A stretch of DNA of 64,000 nucleotides from Octopus vulgaris (lineage: Eukaryota), in NCBI GenBank assembly GCA_951406725.2, contig OX597833.1:8432001-8496000 (forward strand), written 5' to 3'. The stretch's first letter is position 1. Each line of letters begins with the position of its first letter. The notes below the pieces were generated by a model, which searched no databases, was not told the DNA's origin, and saw only the letters and a program-made list of their open reading frames with translations. A program made the position numbers and the translations under genes. Below are positions 24,901 to 39,061 of this stretch, piece after piece.

Positions 24901-27900
24901 TCCCTGAACAGTTTCACCAGTTGAATGAAAGAGTAGCTATGAGGGTTCATGTAAATACTAATGAAACTAATTCTGGTTATAATTTCATTTTTACACAAAT
25001 AATTGCCTAATTAATTCATACAATAATTGTTTTGGCATTTATGTTCTCTCTTGTTCAGTCAGAAGAATTATACAGTTATATAAGATTTATATTCTTATAT
25101 TTACCATATTCATCCCACCATAATTAAACTACACTAATTATACCACCATAATTATACTGCCCTAATCAGACCATTAAAAGGGATTTGTACCTTTGCTATA
25201 AACTTGTGTCTTTATCTTAATTCTGTCTCAAAGAATTATCCTGGGGTCATGGCCGACATGTTTAGTTTAATATACTCATCTTGGATCACCCTTATTAAGA
25301 TTACATTAGATCCATGGATTAAAGCCACCTTTAATCATGGTTTCTGCCCCTAGAAAGCTTCTCCCTAAAGGTACCTTGCCAAGGCTAGTACCTTTGGGGA
25401 GAAGACAAACAGGTATCCATGAACAAAAGCCTCCTCTAAGCTGCAGCAGCTGATTATTGGTTCAAATGTTGTGCATTTAAAGCAATTCAGTTCATTGTTT
25501 TAGCTTCTTTAATCAACTGAGATGAAATATAAACGAGCATCAATATTCTGATAGCTTTGTTGTTCGTATTTGTACCACCGTGTAGATTATAGTTTTATTA
25601 TGCAACGTATTGTATCTCATCGAAAGTAATGAGGCCAAAAGCCGAAACCATCTCTAATGTTTTGTCGTTTGTTCTTCCTTCTAGAATGCCATTACTTTAC
25701 CCACAAGCATTCAGCTTCAACCTGGCACCGTATTGGTGAAAAACGAACAAGGCCAATTAGTTTTGGTTCATGCGAGTCAGTCGAGTGTTCTACAACCACA
25801 GACATCTACCAATACTACTGTTTTACCAGGGAAACTGCAAAATGTCAAGGTAAGTCCTTTTGTGTGTGTGTGTTCCTTGTTAATGAGAGTAAAATGAAGT
25901 GGACATCTTTCATTCAACATTGTACTCAATATGATCAAGACCTGTGGCAGAGGGAGACCCTGGGAAAACATAAGACGACATAAGATGACATAGTGAAGGC
26001 TGATCTCAAGATGCTGAGCCTCACAAGAGAAATGATGAAGGACCAAGATTCATTGTGTTCAAGAAGTCTCTTCCATCGCAGCCAAAATGAGATTCTGAAA
26101 GCCTTCCCCCCACATCAGTTCCCCCCAACACCCATTTCTCTGTCACTCCTCATTACTTGGTGGTGGGCATAATAATAATAAAGAATGGGATTGTCACATC
26201 GGTGACAGGTGCTGGATAAAGGTTTATCTGGAGTTAAACAACTTTGAATGGTGATTGAGGAGTTAAGCAGTAATTAAACATTTTTAAATGGTAACTAATT
26301 GTTTAATCAGATATTATAGATTGCGGACGACCACCAACTGAATCATTGATAAGTTTAAGTGTGATTTGTGTGAGGCAAGGGAGGAAACTGTCGTAAATGA
26401 GATAATTATAAACCTTTTGACGAGGTTAGTAATACATTTAGCTAATTATAACTATCTCATTTATTTATCTTGATTATCTCCTCGTTTAATCCATATCTAT
26501 GCTGCCTAATGAGCAATATGAATTAGTCACCCCATTTCAATTGAGTTACTGGTTTGTGACTGACTTAAATAGTAATTACTATGAAGTGCTGTTTGTAAGA
26601 GAAGAGTGAGCAGGCTTCTTGTAACCCTGACCCTAACCTGCCACGAAATATGTCAAAGCAATTTTCTTATTTGTGTTGTTGCTAAGAAAATAATAATCTG
26701 GATTCACTTTTGTTTACTTTCTGCAGCATAGACATTACAAACTTTAGTGCAACTGCATTAAATTTATCTTCTGTGTATGTTTGTTTAATTATCCATCTAA
26801 GCATCCTTTTGATTTGTCATCCTTAATTATTGTTTTCTTTGCATTTCAGCCAATGTGCAATCAAGGTCAGCCTCGACAGCCAACCTCCACTCCAACCATT
26901 CTTACTATCCAGCAACCGCAAGGACAAGCGACTACGTCCAGCCATCACACAGTTCTGCGACAAACTGTCCCAGTTAACCACAATCCTGTACAGGTGTCAC
27001 CTGTCACTCAAAACAGTACAGGCTCAACAACCACAATGCCAAGCACCATACCTGTCGGACATAATCAGGCCAGCAATGTATTACCAAGTAAGAGAACGTC
27101 TTCTGCCCTCATCTCCTGTTTCTCTGCAGGAAATATTTGATGTGGATCCCTAGACATAAAAATGACAACCCTCTAAGATGGCTTGTCTCAATGCTTTTTT
27201 TTATTCCAATTACAATTAGTCACTAACAGTAAATGGTAGGGAACTACTGCTCTGTGTTTGCAGAGACTCTAGAAGTCATGCTCTCTTCTCCTTCCTCATA
27301 AGGGCATCTTTCTCTGGAACCACCAGGGTGAAACTCCTCCCACTTAGTGCTAAGGAAATACTAACTACTCTAAACCCTTTGCCCATCTGTTTTATTATTT
27401 GTGTTTAAGTGGTCCTTGGTGCTGGGGCCACATAAAAAGCACCCAGTCCACTCTGTAAGGTGGTTGGTGTTAGGAAGGGCATCCAACCATAAAATCCATG
27501 CCTAAACAGACAATGAAGCATGGTTCAATCGTTCTGCCGAAGCCAGCTCCTGTCAAGCCGTCCAACCTAGGACAGCAGGGATAATGGACATTAAATCGTG
27601 GTGGTGGTGGCAGTGGTCCTCCTCAAATGAAGGAAGAAAAAATAAATCATATATCTACAATAACCCTGAAATCCCTGATTCCCTCGGGCAACAGAATTAA
27701 GCTTTCACCCTCAACAGAATAGTTTGTTACCAATTACACTTGTCCAAATGGTCCACTTGAAGAATGCAGCCTCTGTCACTCGGTCAGCAGCTTCCTACAA
27801 AGTCCATTCCTACCCCACCCTCTCTCTCTTCATTGAAGCAGCCCCTTTTATCTTTCAAATCTTCCCCTGCAGTTTCTCAATGCAAGGATAATTGGAGTGG

Positions 27901-30900
27901 AGGGGGTTTGGGGTTATATGGTGTTCACAACATGGCTAGTTGCCATGAACAATGAAAAATTCTGTAATCCTGAAACGGAAAATGATAAAACATTAACAGT
28001 TTGAAGCCCCAGATAAAAAGGTATAATGAGTGGGGGGGGGTCTATTTGCTTATTGAGATGTCTGTGTTTGTATAATGTTTCATGGACTTTGTGTTTGATT
28101 TGTATAAAATGTTTTACTTTTAGATCAGAACAGCAATATGATTGATAACGTTCGGAAATGTAAGAATTTCATGGCAACACTGCTGAAATTGGCTTCTAAT
28201 CAGCGTCCTGAAACAATCTTCAACGTGCGTGAGCTCATCCAGGGACTGATTGTAAGTGGACGTATTTTCCTCTTTATTTACCTTTCATCTTTTTATGACA
28301 GCAAGGACCATGCCGATTAATGATCATGCTGACTGATGATCATGCTGACTGATGACCACACTGACTAATTACACAAAGTCTGTAAAGTGCAGTCTACCTA
28401 CCTGGCTGACAATAGGTTCCACTTCTATTCCCTTAATTGGCTCATTTGCTGTACAGGTGGCACCCATCTGTAAAACCTGTTTCTTTGATAATCCAAAGGA
28501 GCTTCTATGTGGTAACTTGACTTGTTAGAAACAGCAGCTAAATTTCCTTCTTATCAAACCCAACTGCCTGTAAAAGATGGGAGGATCATATTAAATAATG
28601 CAGCTGTAGATATCTTTAAACAATGCAGGATGCTCAATGGATGTTAAATGATGATGATGTTGATATCTGCTGGATCTGGGTTGACCCAGGGTTAAATGAC
28701 ACTATATGCTCCAATAATACGAAGCAAGTGCTAAACTTTGTAAATGTCTCGCATGCTCACAGATGGCTGTAGAAACAAGAAAAATAAAAGTGTTAAAGTT
28801 TATTTGTTGAGAGCTTGTGGGTTCAAACCCCATTACAGTCATTCTAACATTTGCTGGAGTCGCTGGGACATATATTGCTACTTTCGTCTCGGTTGCCATT
28901 CTACACCAACTTCCTGGTCCGAGATGTGGGAGACGGGATGTGGGAAACAACCAATTGTCACTTATTTATTTTGCATCCACTTTCCTGAGATTGATGTTAG
29001 GGATGAGGTTCTTTTGGTTCTGTAAACGTAAATATGGACACAATTTCTTGGAGAAAATGGTTTTACAACAGGCTGGAATCACTTTCTGTTATGAAATATT
29101 GATACTGTCAAATTAAACTTCCTTCTCACCCCAAGATGGTAATTTTCAAGAACAGACCTCTCCTACTTTCCATTCTTAGGTCAATGTTTTATACACCCAG
29201 GGTCCTTAAAGTACATTTGTTTTATGACAAAATACCCATTTCTTTTCCTTTCTATCCTATTGGATTAAACCCTTTAGCGTTTAAACTGACCCTATCTGGC
29301 CCCTTATATTCTACCTTTTTTATGGAGAAACTGACCAGATCTGGCCTCTCGCACCTATTCTACAATGTAATTCAGAAAATAAACAATCATGTCATCGAAA
29401 TCTCAAACATTTGACAGAATAACCTGAATGCTAAAGGATTAATAATCTACAGGGTATAATTAGAAAATCACTATTTGTAAATCTCACAACGTGGGATATT
29501 CAGCAACAGTTCTTTGGAGTAAAGATTGTTTGCCAACATAACATGGCAGTCCTGGTTTAGGACGAATGTTACTGTAATTTAGCCCCAGGTGACATCGCCT
29601 CCAGCTGGCTGTACGACACGATCTGTTCAAAAATATAAGGACACAGATCGGGTCATATGGCCAGCCGGAGAGGATGTCTCCTGGGGCTAAATTACAGCAA
29701 CATTCGTCCTAAACCAGGACTGCCATGTTATGTTGGCAACCAATCTTTACTACAGTATATATTTGTTGTTGCTAATGAAGTTGTCTCACTCTGAAGGCTG
29801 TGTTTAGTCCAGCTGTATCTGTTCATATTAATTCACAAGTGAAATAACTTTGTTGTGTAATATTTTTGTCATTATTATTATTTGTGATTAAAATAATGTT
29901 TAAAAACAGTATTTTTTTTCAAGTTCCTCTTGTGTTTTATTGTGGCAGAAGTTTAAACTTAAATTATTTTGCACAAATTGTACAGTTAGAAACTACAAAT
30001 AGGTATGTGCTATGGCAGCACATTTCATGTGATATGTCCATCAACAACAGAACCACTTTATGCAATGGTCAGGGCCGACTTCCCACTTATAATTCTGCTC
30101 AATAATTCTTGAGCAACCCATCAAAGCTTCACTGTTCAAACTATTCTCGTCCCAAGTCTATTCTTCTCTAAATGGTTTTACATTAATTATGTATATTTTA
30201 TGTTAATTATATAGTTTTATATTAATTGTTTGTTTTATAGATTTAACTCTGGGTTTATTCTTTTATCTTCCATTCTAGGATGGCAAAGTTGACCCTGAAA
30301 GTTTCACAGAGAAACTCCAAATTGAACTGCAGTCTTCACCTCAACCTTGTTTGGTCCCTTTCTTGAAAGTAAGTTCTTTATCCCTTCGCTTGTGCTGTCC
30401 TCTAAAGAAACATTCTTTCATTGACATTAATTAAGCACTTTATAAAGACATATAATCTTTAATTAGATATTGGATACGTTAATTATTCTTTATTTCCAAT
30501 TAAATTTCTTTTTGTTGAACTGACAAACTGTAAACCTGTCACACACACACACACACACACTCTCACTCTCACTCTCTCTCTTTTTTTTTTTTTGTTTGTT
30601 CAAATTTTCTGTGAAGAAATAAAAAGTTCCTAACTTGGAATGCTTTTCTTGTCACCAAGTTTTATTTGTTTTCCAAGTCTTGCAAGCTTGCAAAAACATG
30701 CTAAAATGAATGTGTGTGTACACACACTCATACACACACACACACACACACTCATACACATGCCCATACATGTATGTAAACTTAAAATATGACAAATGCA
30801 TTTTAATGGAAACAGTATTAAGTTTCACTGTTCTCAAACAACACTTTTCCAGTTGTGTATTTGTGTGTTTTTGTGTTGTATTTGATGGATTATTAGAAGC

Positions 30901-33112
30901 ACAGAATTACATGAAGACCCTGAATTTTAGCGAACCCTTTCTTTGTCTTACCACTTGCCAGCAATCTAATCCTTGACTTAAACCCCCTGTTTATTAAGTA
31001 CAGGGGAGAATTGTGCCTTCTTGGCAGTCATGTTTGGTGCTTAATGTCCATCGTAGACATCTGTGTGTGTGAGGGTGTATGGTGGTAGCAGGGGATGTGG
31101 AAAACATGTCAAACCTCTCCCAGTTCCATTTCTTTGTGTCTCGTCTATGTATATCTGGTCTGTCCACTCCTACCACCTCACCATTGTCTCTGTTTGTCCA
31201 TCCCCTTGTCCACCTTCCCACATCCTTCTGCTCATCTCCATGCCTATATAACTCTGTTTATCCCTCTTATTCTCTCCCCCACCTCCCCACAATATCTATA
31301 TATTTATATATTTTGTATATTTTCAGAAAAGTTTACCTCTGTTGAGGCATTCTCTCTACATGAATAAAATGTCCATTGATGGGGTGCGCCCCCCTCCTCC
31401 TGAAGTGATCCGGGTTCAGACCATGTGTTCGGTGCCTAATACAACTGTTATGACACACACGAAACAGAACGTGCACAGCCACACCCACAACAGAATGACT
31501 CATGTGACCACGGCCAATCGCATGACCACCCAGCCTCAGGTCCATGGCGTTATGTCAAGTGGACACATTCATCAACCCACTCAGGTAATTATCTTCTTCT
31601 CATGTCTTTCTTTTAAGGATAAACCACTCATGGCATCGGCTGGTGTTCATTCTTTCCCCATGATGTTTATCAAGCAAAATAGGGCCAACTGGGATTTGAA
31701 ACCCTTGCACACAGTTTATCTCAACATTGAATGTTACTAAAGCTTGTCCTTCGAAGCCCCTAAACGAGGACTTGCTTTCTATGCCTCGTACTTTGTCTGT
31801 CATTTCTTTAATTATTTAAAGACATAAAACAAACATCTCCCTGGATTGAACAGAATCGGTAGAGCACTCAACACAATGTCTTGTGCTGTCTTCTTATGTC
31901 CTTTATTTTCTGACTTCACATCTCATCAAAGTTAACCCTCTCGTTACCATAATGAAATCCTCGTTACCATAATGAGATTCACTGCCTTTGTTTCAATTAA
32001 TTTTCAAAATAATGAAGAATTTTATAAAGTAACTTTGTTGTTATTTATCCGGTTTCTGGGAAAATAAACTTGCACGAAATTTTGTTGGAAGGTTTTAATT
32101 TAAATCCTTTTAAAACCGAAAGTTTGTATCACAGAACCAGAGTGGTCCCAGGCAGGTTGGTATCAAAAGGGCTAATTCTACTGTTCTTCTTGCCGGGTCA
32201 TTAGAACACAGTATCAGTAATATACTGGGGTCAATTTAATCAGTTACATCATTCCCCTTAAATTTTGTGCCTATGTTAGTAATTAATATCTCATAGAATC
32301 AATCTTATCATTTAATGATTTTGGTTTTGTTTGTTACAGACTATCATCAAACAGGTATGCCCAGGTGGTCAAATTGGCCATGTCCAGGTACGTGGTGGTC
32401 AAGCTAAGATGACAACGACAACCGTCGGTCACCCTGGCATCACTGTCACCAAATCTAACCTTGGTACAATGACCACTGTTGGGAGGACCAACCTTCTCAA
32501 CACATTGCCTACATCGACCACTAATCTCCAATCCCACCTGCAGATCAAGAAAGAGACGTTGGCCCCGCACAAGGAAAAACGGAAATACGAGTCTCTGAAG
32601 TAAGTTTGCCTTATCTCGTACATTTTGTTTCCTTGTTCTGTGGATCCCGCTTCGTTTCATTCACCCTGAGACATCTTTTCTCAGATGAGAAACAACATAA
32701 CTGTGGAGCCAGTGGTTGTCGTGTGAAGCTAATTAACTCTTGTGTATTTTAAACATTTCAGAGATGACGATGACATCAATGATGTAGCAACGATGGGTGG
32801 GGTCAACCTGTCGGAGGAAACTCGCAATATCATGGCTACCAATGCTGACTTCATTGGGACCCAGATTCGGTCTTGTAAAGACGAATGTTTTCTTTATCAC
32901 AGCCCACTCTTAAGTAGAATCAGCTCAATTGGTAAGTATTTACTCAACAGTTGAGTTTAACTCTGATCGTAACTATGTCTGTCTGTGTGTGTGTGTGTGT
33001 GTGTGTTCATGAGTAGATGGTTGGGTTCACTCTTGTTTATATGTGCATACATACACATTTGTGCCTGTATGTGCAATCTTTACAGATTTTTGGATTTTTA
33101 CCAAATGGAACA

Positions 33113-33147
<35 letters not shown>

Positions 33148-36100
33148 ATAGGATCTAATGTTGGCCACTGTGATATTCTGACTAATAAAAGAGCCAAACT
33201 GTAAAATCACTCAAACTCTGTGAATGGAATGAGTTAGACCACTTAGTAACAATAACAACAGCAGCAACAACACCTAAAGCTCCACGAGGTTCCAGCAGGG
33301 GCTGGTGGCGACCCCTGTTGTACTCTTTCACCCCAACTTTCTCTCACTCTTTCTTCCTGTTTCTTGTCCCCGACTTCCTATGCAACCGCTGAGCCTGGAT
33401 GCACATTCATCCATCCATCGATGCTCTCGGTGTCGGGGGTTGACCTGCTTTCTCTTATGCAGGTCTTACGAATAGCAAAGGACCACGTTTCGGACTTCTC
33501 CCACTGAGACAAAGACCACTTCGCTCAACAAACAAACAAGCAGCAACAACATTATTGAATAACACCCTGTGTTGTTGTTGTTGGTGCTGTTGTTGCCCCA
33601 CTAGGGGTTCAGAGCTGCAATATGAGTTGATGTGACAGAAAGGCATCAGCTGGAATTGACTTTGGATTTGAAATTTCCAGGACTTAATTGCGAGGACTTT
33701 GTTTGATAGAGGAGCAATTTGTCTTTCATTTGGAATATGGTTGCTACTGATAAAGCATTGCTCTATTGGCACCAACAAGCATTATTATGGCTGTTAATTA
33801 ATGTTTTTATTTGTTGTTGTTGTAAGCAGTTAACTATGTCTTCTGTTGTATATTTTAAACACAGCCAAGAAATACGGTATTGAAGAGGTACCTTCCGATG
33901 TTGCTAACATTGTATCACATGCAACCCAAGAACGATTGCGAGATTTCATTGAAAAATTATCTACGATTGCTGAACACAGAACAGAAATATACAAAGTAAG
34001 TAGCTGATCCCTAATCTTTAGTCTTTCTAAAAACACAATCTCTTCTTGTGGATTGAGGGATGGGTTTGTTTACATTCTGCTTTTCTCTATTTTCAGATCT
34101 CTGTATTTATTGTTTTTCATTTCTTTAATTTTTGTTGTTTTTTTTCTCTCCAAGATGGACAGCAGGTATGAGGTGAAAAATGATGTCAGATCAATATTGA
34201 AACATTTTGAAGAACTTGAGCGACTTGAAAAGAAGAGACATGAAGAACAGGAGCGAGAAATGTTACTAAGGGTTGCTAAGGTTTGTTTTTCCTTCTCCCT
34301 ACCTATGAAATCTCCACCCCTCGGGGCCAACTGGATGACGTTCCTACTGTTGACCAGTTCTTGGGAGGGGAGCCTAAAATCTGTAAAAAAAAAAAACTGA
34401 GGCAAACTGAGTGGTGTTTGGTATGTGGAGACCAAACTGTATCTGTAGTAAGGTTTGAACTTGTGAAATATCAAATACGAGTGTTGCGGGGTTAAATTGT
34501 TTGGAGGAAAACCAGGTTCTCCAGCTGTTGCTTTGCTCTCAATAACCATCCTGTTTTCCCTTATTCAAACCTTAGACTCAAACAAATCAGGGGAGCAACT
34601 GGAGGGGCTGTTTCTGCACTTGGTCTTCCTTTCCTAGCCTCACTTGTTATTGGTGCCACATTAGACGCACTCTGTGGAGTGGTTGGCGTTAGAAAGGGCC
34701 ATGCCAAAACAGACAATGGAACCTGGTGCAGGTCCCTGGCCTTACCAGCTCCAGTCAAATCATCCAACCCATGCCAGCGTTGAAAACAGACATTAAATGA
34801 TGATTATTAATTCATCGAACTTGATGTTTTGAGTTCAATTTCCAGCCTGATTGACTTTGTGGTTGATAAAATAAATACCATTTAAGCACTGGGTTTATCC
34901 ATTCATCTTTTCTACCCACTATTCCAAGGTGGGTCCTGAGAGTAGAGTCCCCAGGTACCCTCTCTAGGCAACCATCATTGCACTTCCCAACTGCATTCCA
35001 AACCCTGACCAATTCAGACTATGGATCAGTATCCTTCTTGCTTGGCCCCTGAGTCTCCTTGGCTTGGTTTGAAGAATCTGTCTTTGCTGCAACATTCTAA
35101 TCTCCTGTCCATAGCACCGGAGCTGTAACCTCTCAATTTAGAAAGAAGTTGTGACTTGACCTGCGGAGACTCCTTCATCCCCAAACCATGCACCACCCTC
35201 TTGAGTAACATTATTCTAGAGATCCTTCAGACAAACTTGTTTCACGTCCCTCTATTCACTCTTTCAGTCATTACCCAATATTCATGACCCTAAGGGCTGA
35301 TAGGCATCAAGACCAAACTAAAGATGATAAGTTTAGCTTTTTTCCAGCTTCTCTTTTGAGGGTCAAATCCTGGTGTTGGTGCCTTACTGTACCAACACCT
35401 GCAATTCACCCATTCAGTTCATATTGTGTCTGTTTCAATTTGAAAATAAGTGATGGTCACAGTCGGATTGCTGTTGGTTTTTACAAATATTTGATTAAAT
35501 AAGTTCTAATTTCTTGCTGGTATAACAGCTAAGATTTGTATATTTTCAGGACATTTGCTTTGAACACAGCGATTCAGACTAACTTGTTATGGTTTTATGA
35601 GTTTGAACATTTTTATTTCAAGCCATCAAATGAAACATTTTTGTATATTTAGTGTGTTTGTCTAACACAGCTGCTACCTGACTGGACTTGTAACTGTTTC
35701 ACTGGCCACGTCCCAGTCTCGTAGAGTCTCTGTCTAGAATGAAAGGACTGTTGTCTCAAAGATAGATTTTAATTTTCATTAAGGCAACAAATTTTGGCTG
35801 AAAAGGGTTTGATTTTGTTTCAATAACAGGGGATGAAACGGGAAGGAATTCCATTAGACTGAAAAATAGATTCTATTGAGATGGATTGTAATGGGATTTC
35901 AGGTGTGTGTGTGTGTTCATACAGGTACCAGTGTAGCTGTGTGATTAAGAAGTTTGCTTTCCATCCACATGGTTTCAGGTTCAATCTTATTGCATGGCAC
36001 CTTGAGCAAGTGTCTTCTACTCCAGCCCTGGACCAACCAAAGCCTTGTCAGTGGAGTTAGCAGAGAGAAACTGAAAGAAGCCCATTTTATATATATATAT

Positions 36101-36772
36101 ACATATATATTTCTTTATTGCCCACAAGGAGCTAAACACAGAGGGGGCAAACAAGGACAGACAAAGGGATTAAGTCGATTACATCAACCCCAGTGCGAAA
36201 CTGGTACTTAATTTATCGACCCCGAAAGGATGAAAAGCAAAGTTGACCTCGGCGGAATTTGAACTCAGAACGTAATGACAGACGAAATACCACTAAGCAT
36301 TTCACCCGGCATGCTAAAGTTTCTGCCAGCTCGCCGTGTATACATATATACACACACACATACACAAACATTGTGTGTGTGTGAAATGTATGTTTATGTC
36401 TTTTTGCTCTGACATTGTGCGACAGTCGTTAATGAACGTCACTGTCATACAAGAAGCACCACACGTCTCCAATATCCTTCAAAAACACTTCTGGCCATGG
36501 AGGAAATATTACCTTATTTGGAAACAAGTGAGGGTTGGTGACAGGAAGGACATCCAGCCATGACAAATCTGCCTCAAATAAACTGTCTGACCCATGCAAG
36601 CATGAAAAAGTGGACATTAACTGATGAGGAGGATGAAAATACGTTTATATACGTATATATTGTATTTTATTCTATATATATATATATTTATATGTTTTCT
36701 GTTTACAGAGTCGGTCAAAACATGAAGATCCAGAACAGTTGAAACTGAAGCAGAAAGCTAAGGAGGTAAGTT

Positions 36773-36811
<39 letters not shown>

Positions 36812-38307
36812 AAATGAAATGGTTTTGGCATTAAGAATGGCCGTTTAAATTTGTTGCTTCCTGCAAAGTATCTGCAGTTTATTAATGTTGCTTTTTCTGT
36901 TTTCTCAGTTACAACTGGCAGAGATGGAAGAGATGAGGCAACGAGAGGCCAACATTACAGCCTTAGCAGCCATTGGTCCCAGAAAGAAGCGGAAAACAGA
37001 AGCAGGAGACTCGAATCAGGTACTTTCTGACGTAGCTCGGGGATTTTGGGAGGGGTTTGCAACCCACTGACATATTGCTGAGTTGACCTATTAAAGGATT
37101 TACCATTTGTGGTGGTCATTATTATAGTGATGGAAGGTAGAAGCATTATTATGCTGAGCAAAATGCTTAACTGCATTTCTTCCAGTTTTATGTTCTGAGT
37201 TGAATGTCCCTGTTGTGGGTTCATATCCCATTGAAGTGGACGTTAGATTTCATTTTTCTGGGGTCCATAAAATAAGGGACCAGTCTGAGGCAGTGAACTG
37301 GTGGGTTTCTTAAAGGGTTACCCTGAGACGTTTTGCGCTATTTGTTCTTGAATTTCTGTCCTTGAGCCAAATATTTATTCCATTCCACTTAATCCTCAGG
37401 GGCCTTTAGTGCTGGTCACTCTTGCATACATACAAGTCAGGTGTCCCATGTGAAAAAATTGTGGAGGCCATGAAATAAAGGGAAATCCCTACTGCCCTTT
37501 CCTTCCTAAGCAATAAAAACAATCTGTTGTGTGTAGAGGGGTTGGGTATTCTCCACCCCAAAACAAATGTAAATCATCTGAAGAGAAAAGTGTTGTCTTT
37601 CCTTCCTTATTCCCTACCTCCAGATCCACAATTACAGCTACACACACACATTTGTAGAGGTACAAGGTGTTCACAGGAGTAGCTGCCTCTCCAAACTTTC
37701 TCACCCTTTAACTGCCTTTATCTATATTCACATTGATGTATACTAAACACTATGTTCTGTTATCCCCCCCCCCCCATCTCCCAACAGTTCACTTACCTCA
37801 TATGGTCTAATTTCAACCAGCTGTCATCATTTTCTTGTGTTTTGTGAGAGACATTGTAAATAACTAATTTCATAATATACTCTGCAGTCTTATCTACACA
37901 CACACTCACCACCCTATTCATCACCATCATCACAACAACACTGTTCTTCTCTCTAATATATTTTTTATTTCCTATTGCAGACTGGCTCATCAACATCTCT
38001 CACAAATGGTGGAGTAAGTTCATCTTCAGTTCGACCTGTGAGTCTTCATTTAAAACCATTTTTTTTTTCATGTTTTCTTCCAACCACAACAGATGGCGGA
38101 GTTCCAACTCTTCACCTTCATTCTCCACCACCACCACTCAACCATTCTCTCTCTCTCTCTCTACATCTTTCCATCCCTACTTATCTCTCTCTCTTTCTGC
38201 TTCTCTCTCTCTTTCTCTCTCTCCTGTTATATTACTAATTATCATTACCACATCCACCTGACAAGGATATTGTTGCAGCAGAAGGAAGAATATTCTTGGA
38301 TCCAACA

Positions 38308-38339
<32 letters not shown>

Positions 38340-38998
38340 ATGCTATAATAACTGTGACCTGATAGTTAAGGATGATGATGATGAGATCTCCGGTTCAACT
38401 CCTGGACCAGGCAGCATATTTTCATTTTACATTGGTCTCATCTACTCAGCTCGGAATAAGTATCAGCTTCCAGCTGTCAGAATGTTCCATAGCAGCTCCT
38501 GAAACCATGATTGGCAACCTACCAGGGCAAACATACTCCCTCACAGGTGATGGTCATGGCATACAAACATTTAAACTCGTGTTTAGAACGTAAATGTGAT
38601 ACATCTATAAGGTTAATGGACGGGTAGAATCGGTAGATCATCAGATTAAATATTTTGGGATAGATTTTTGTTTAGTTTCTTTTCTTTGGCAGGGGAAACA
38701 GGTGGAGTGTTCACATCACAGATTCTACCCAAAAATCATGCAATCTGTCTTTGACTCAATGAAAGAATCCTTTTGTTGCCAGCAGGGGTTATAAGAAACC
38801 CTCGCACGCCCCCCACCTCTTACTCTAATTATTATGTATTCAAAAACCCCCACTTCATTAACTAACTGCTTCACCTATAGGAACAGAATCTCTCGTCAGT
38901 TTTCTCATATTTATCCTGCTGACATGGGTTGGCTAGGTTTTGTTCACTTGGAGTCTTGGACTAGTTTCCTGGATACTGGACAATTAGCTTTAGCTAAT

Positions 38999-39061
<63 letters not shown>

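Noticed and set aside
32340-32354. 15-nt TAF4 micro-exon using CAG|GTATGC
   Set aside because: A phase 0 donor is incompatible with the phase 2 acceptor of exon 8.
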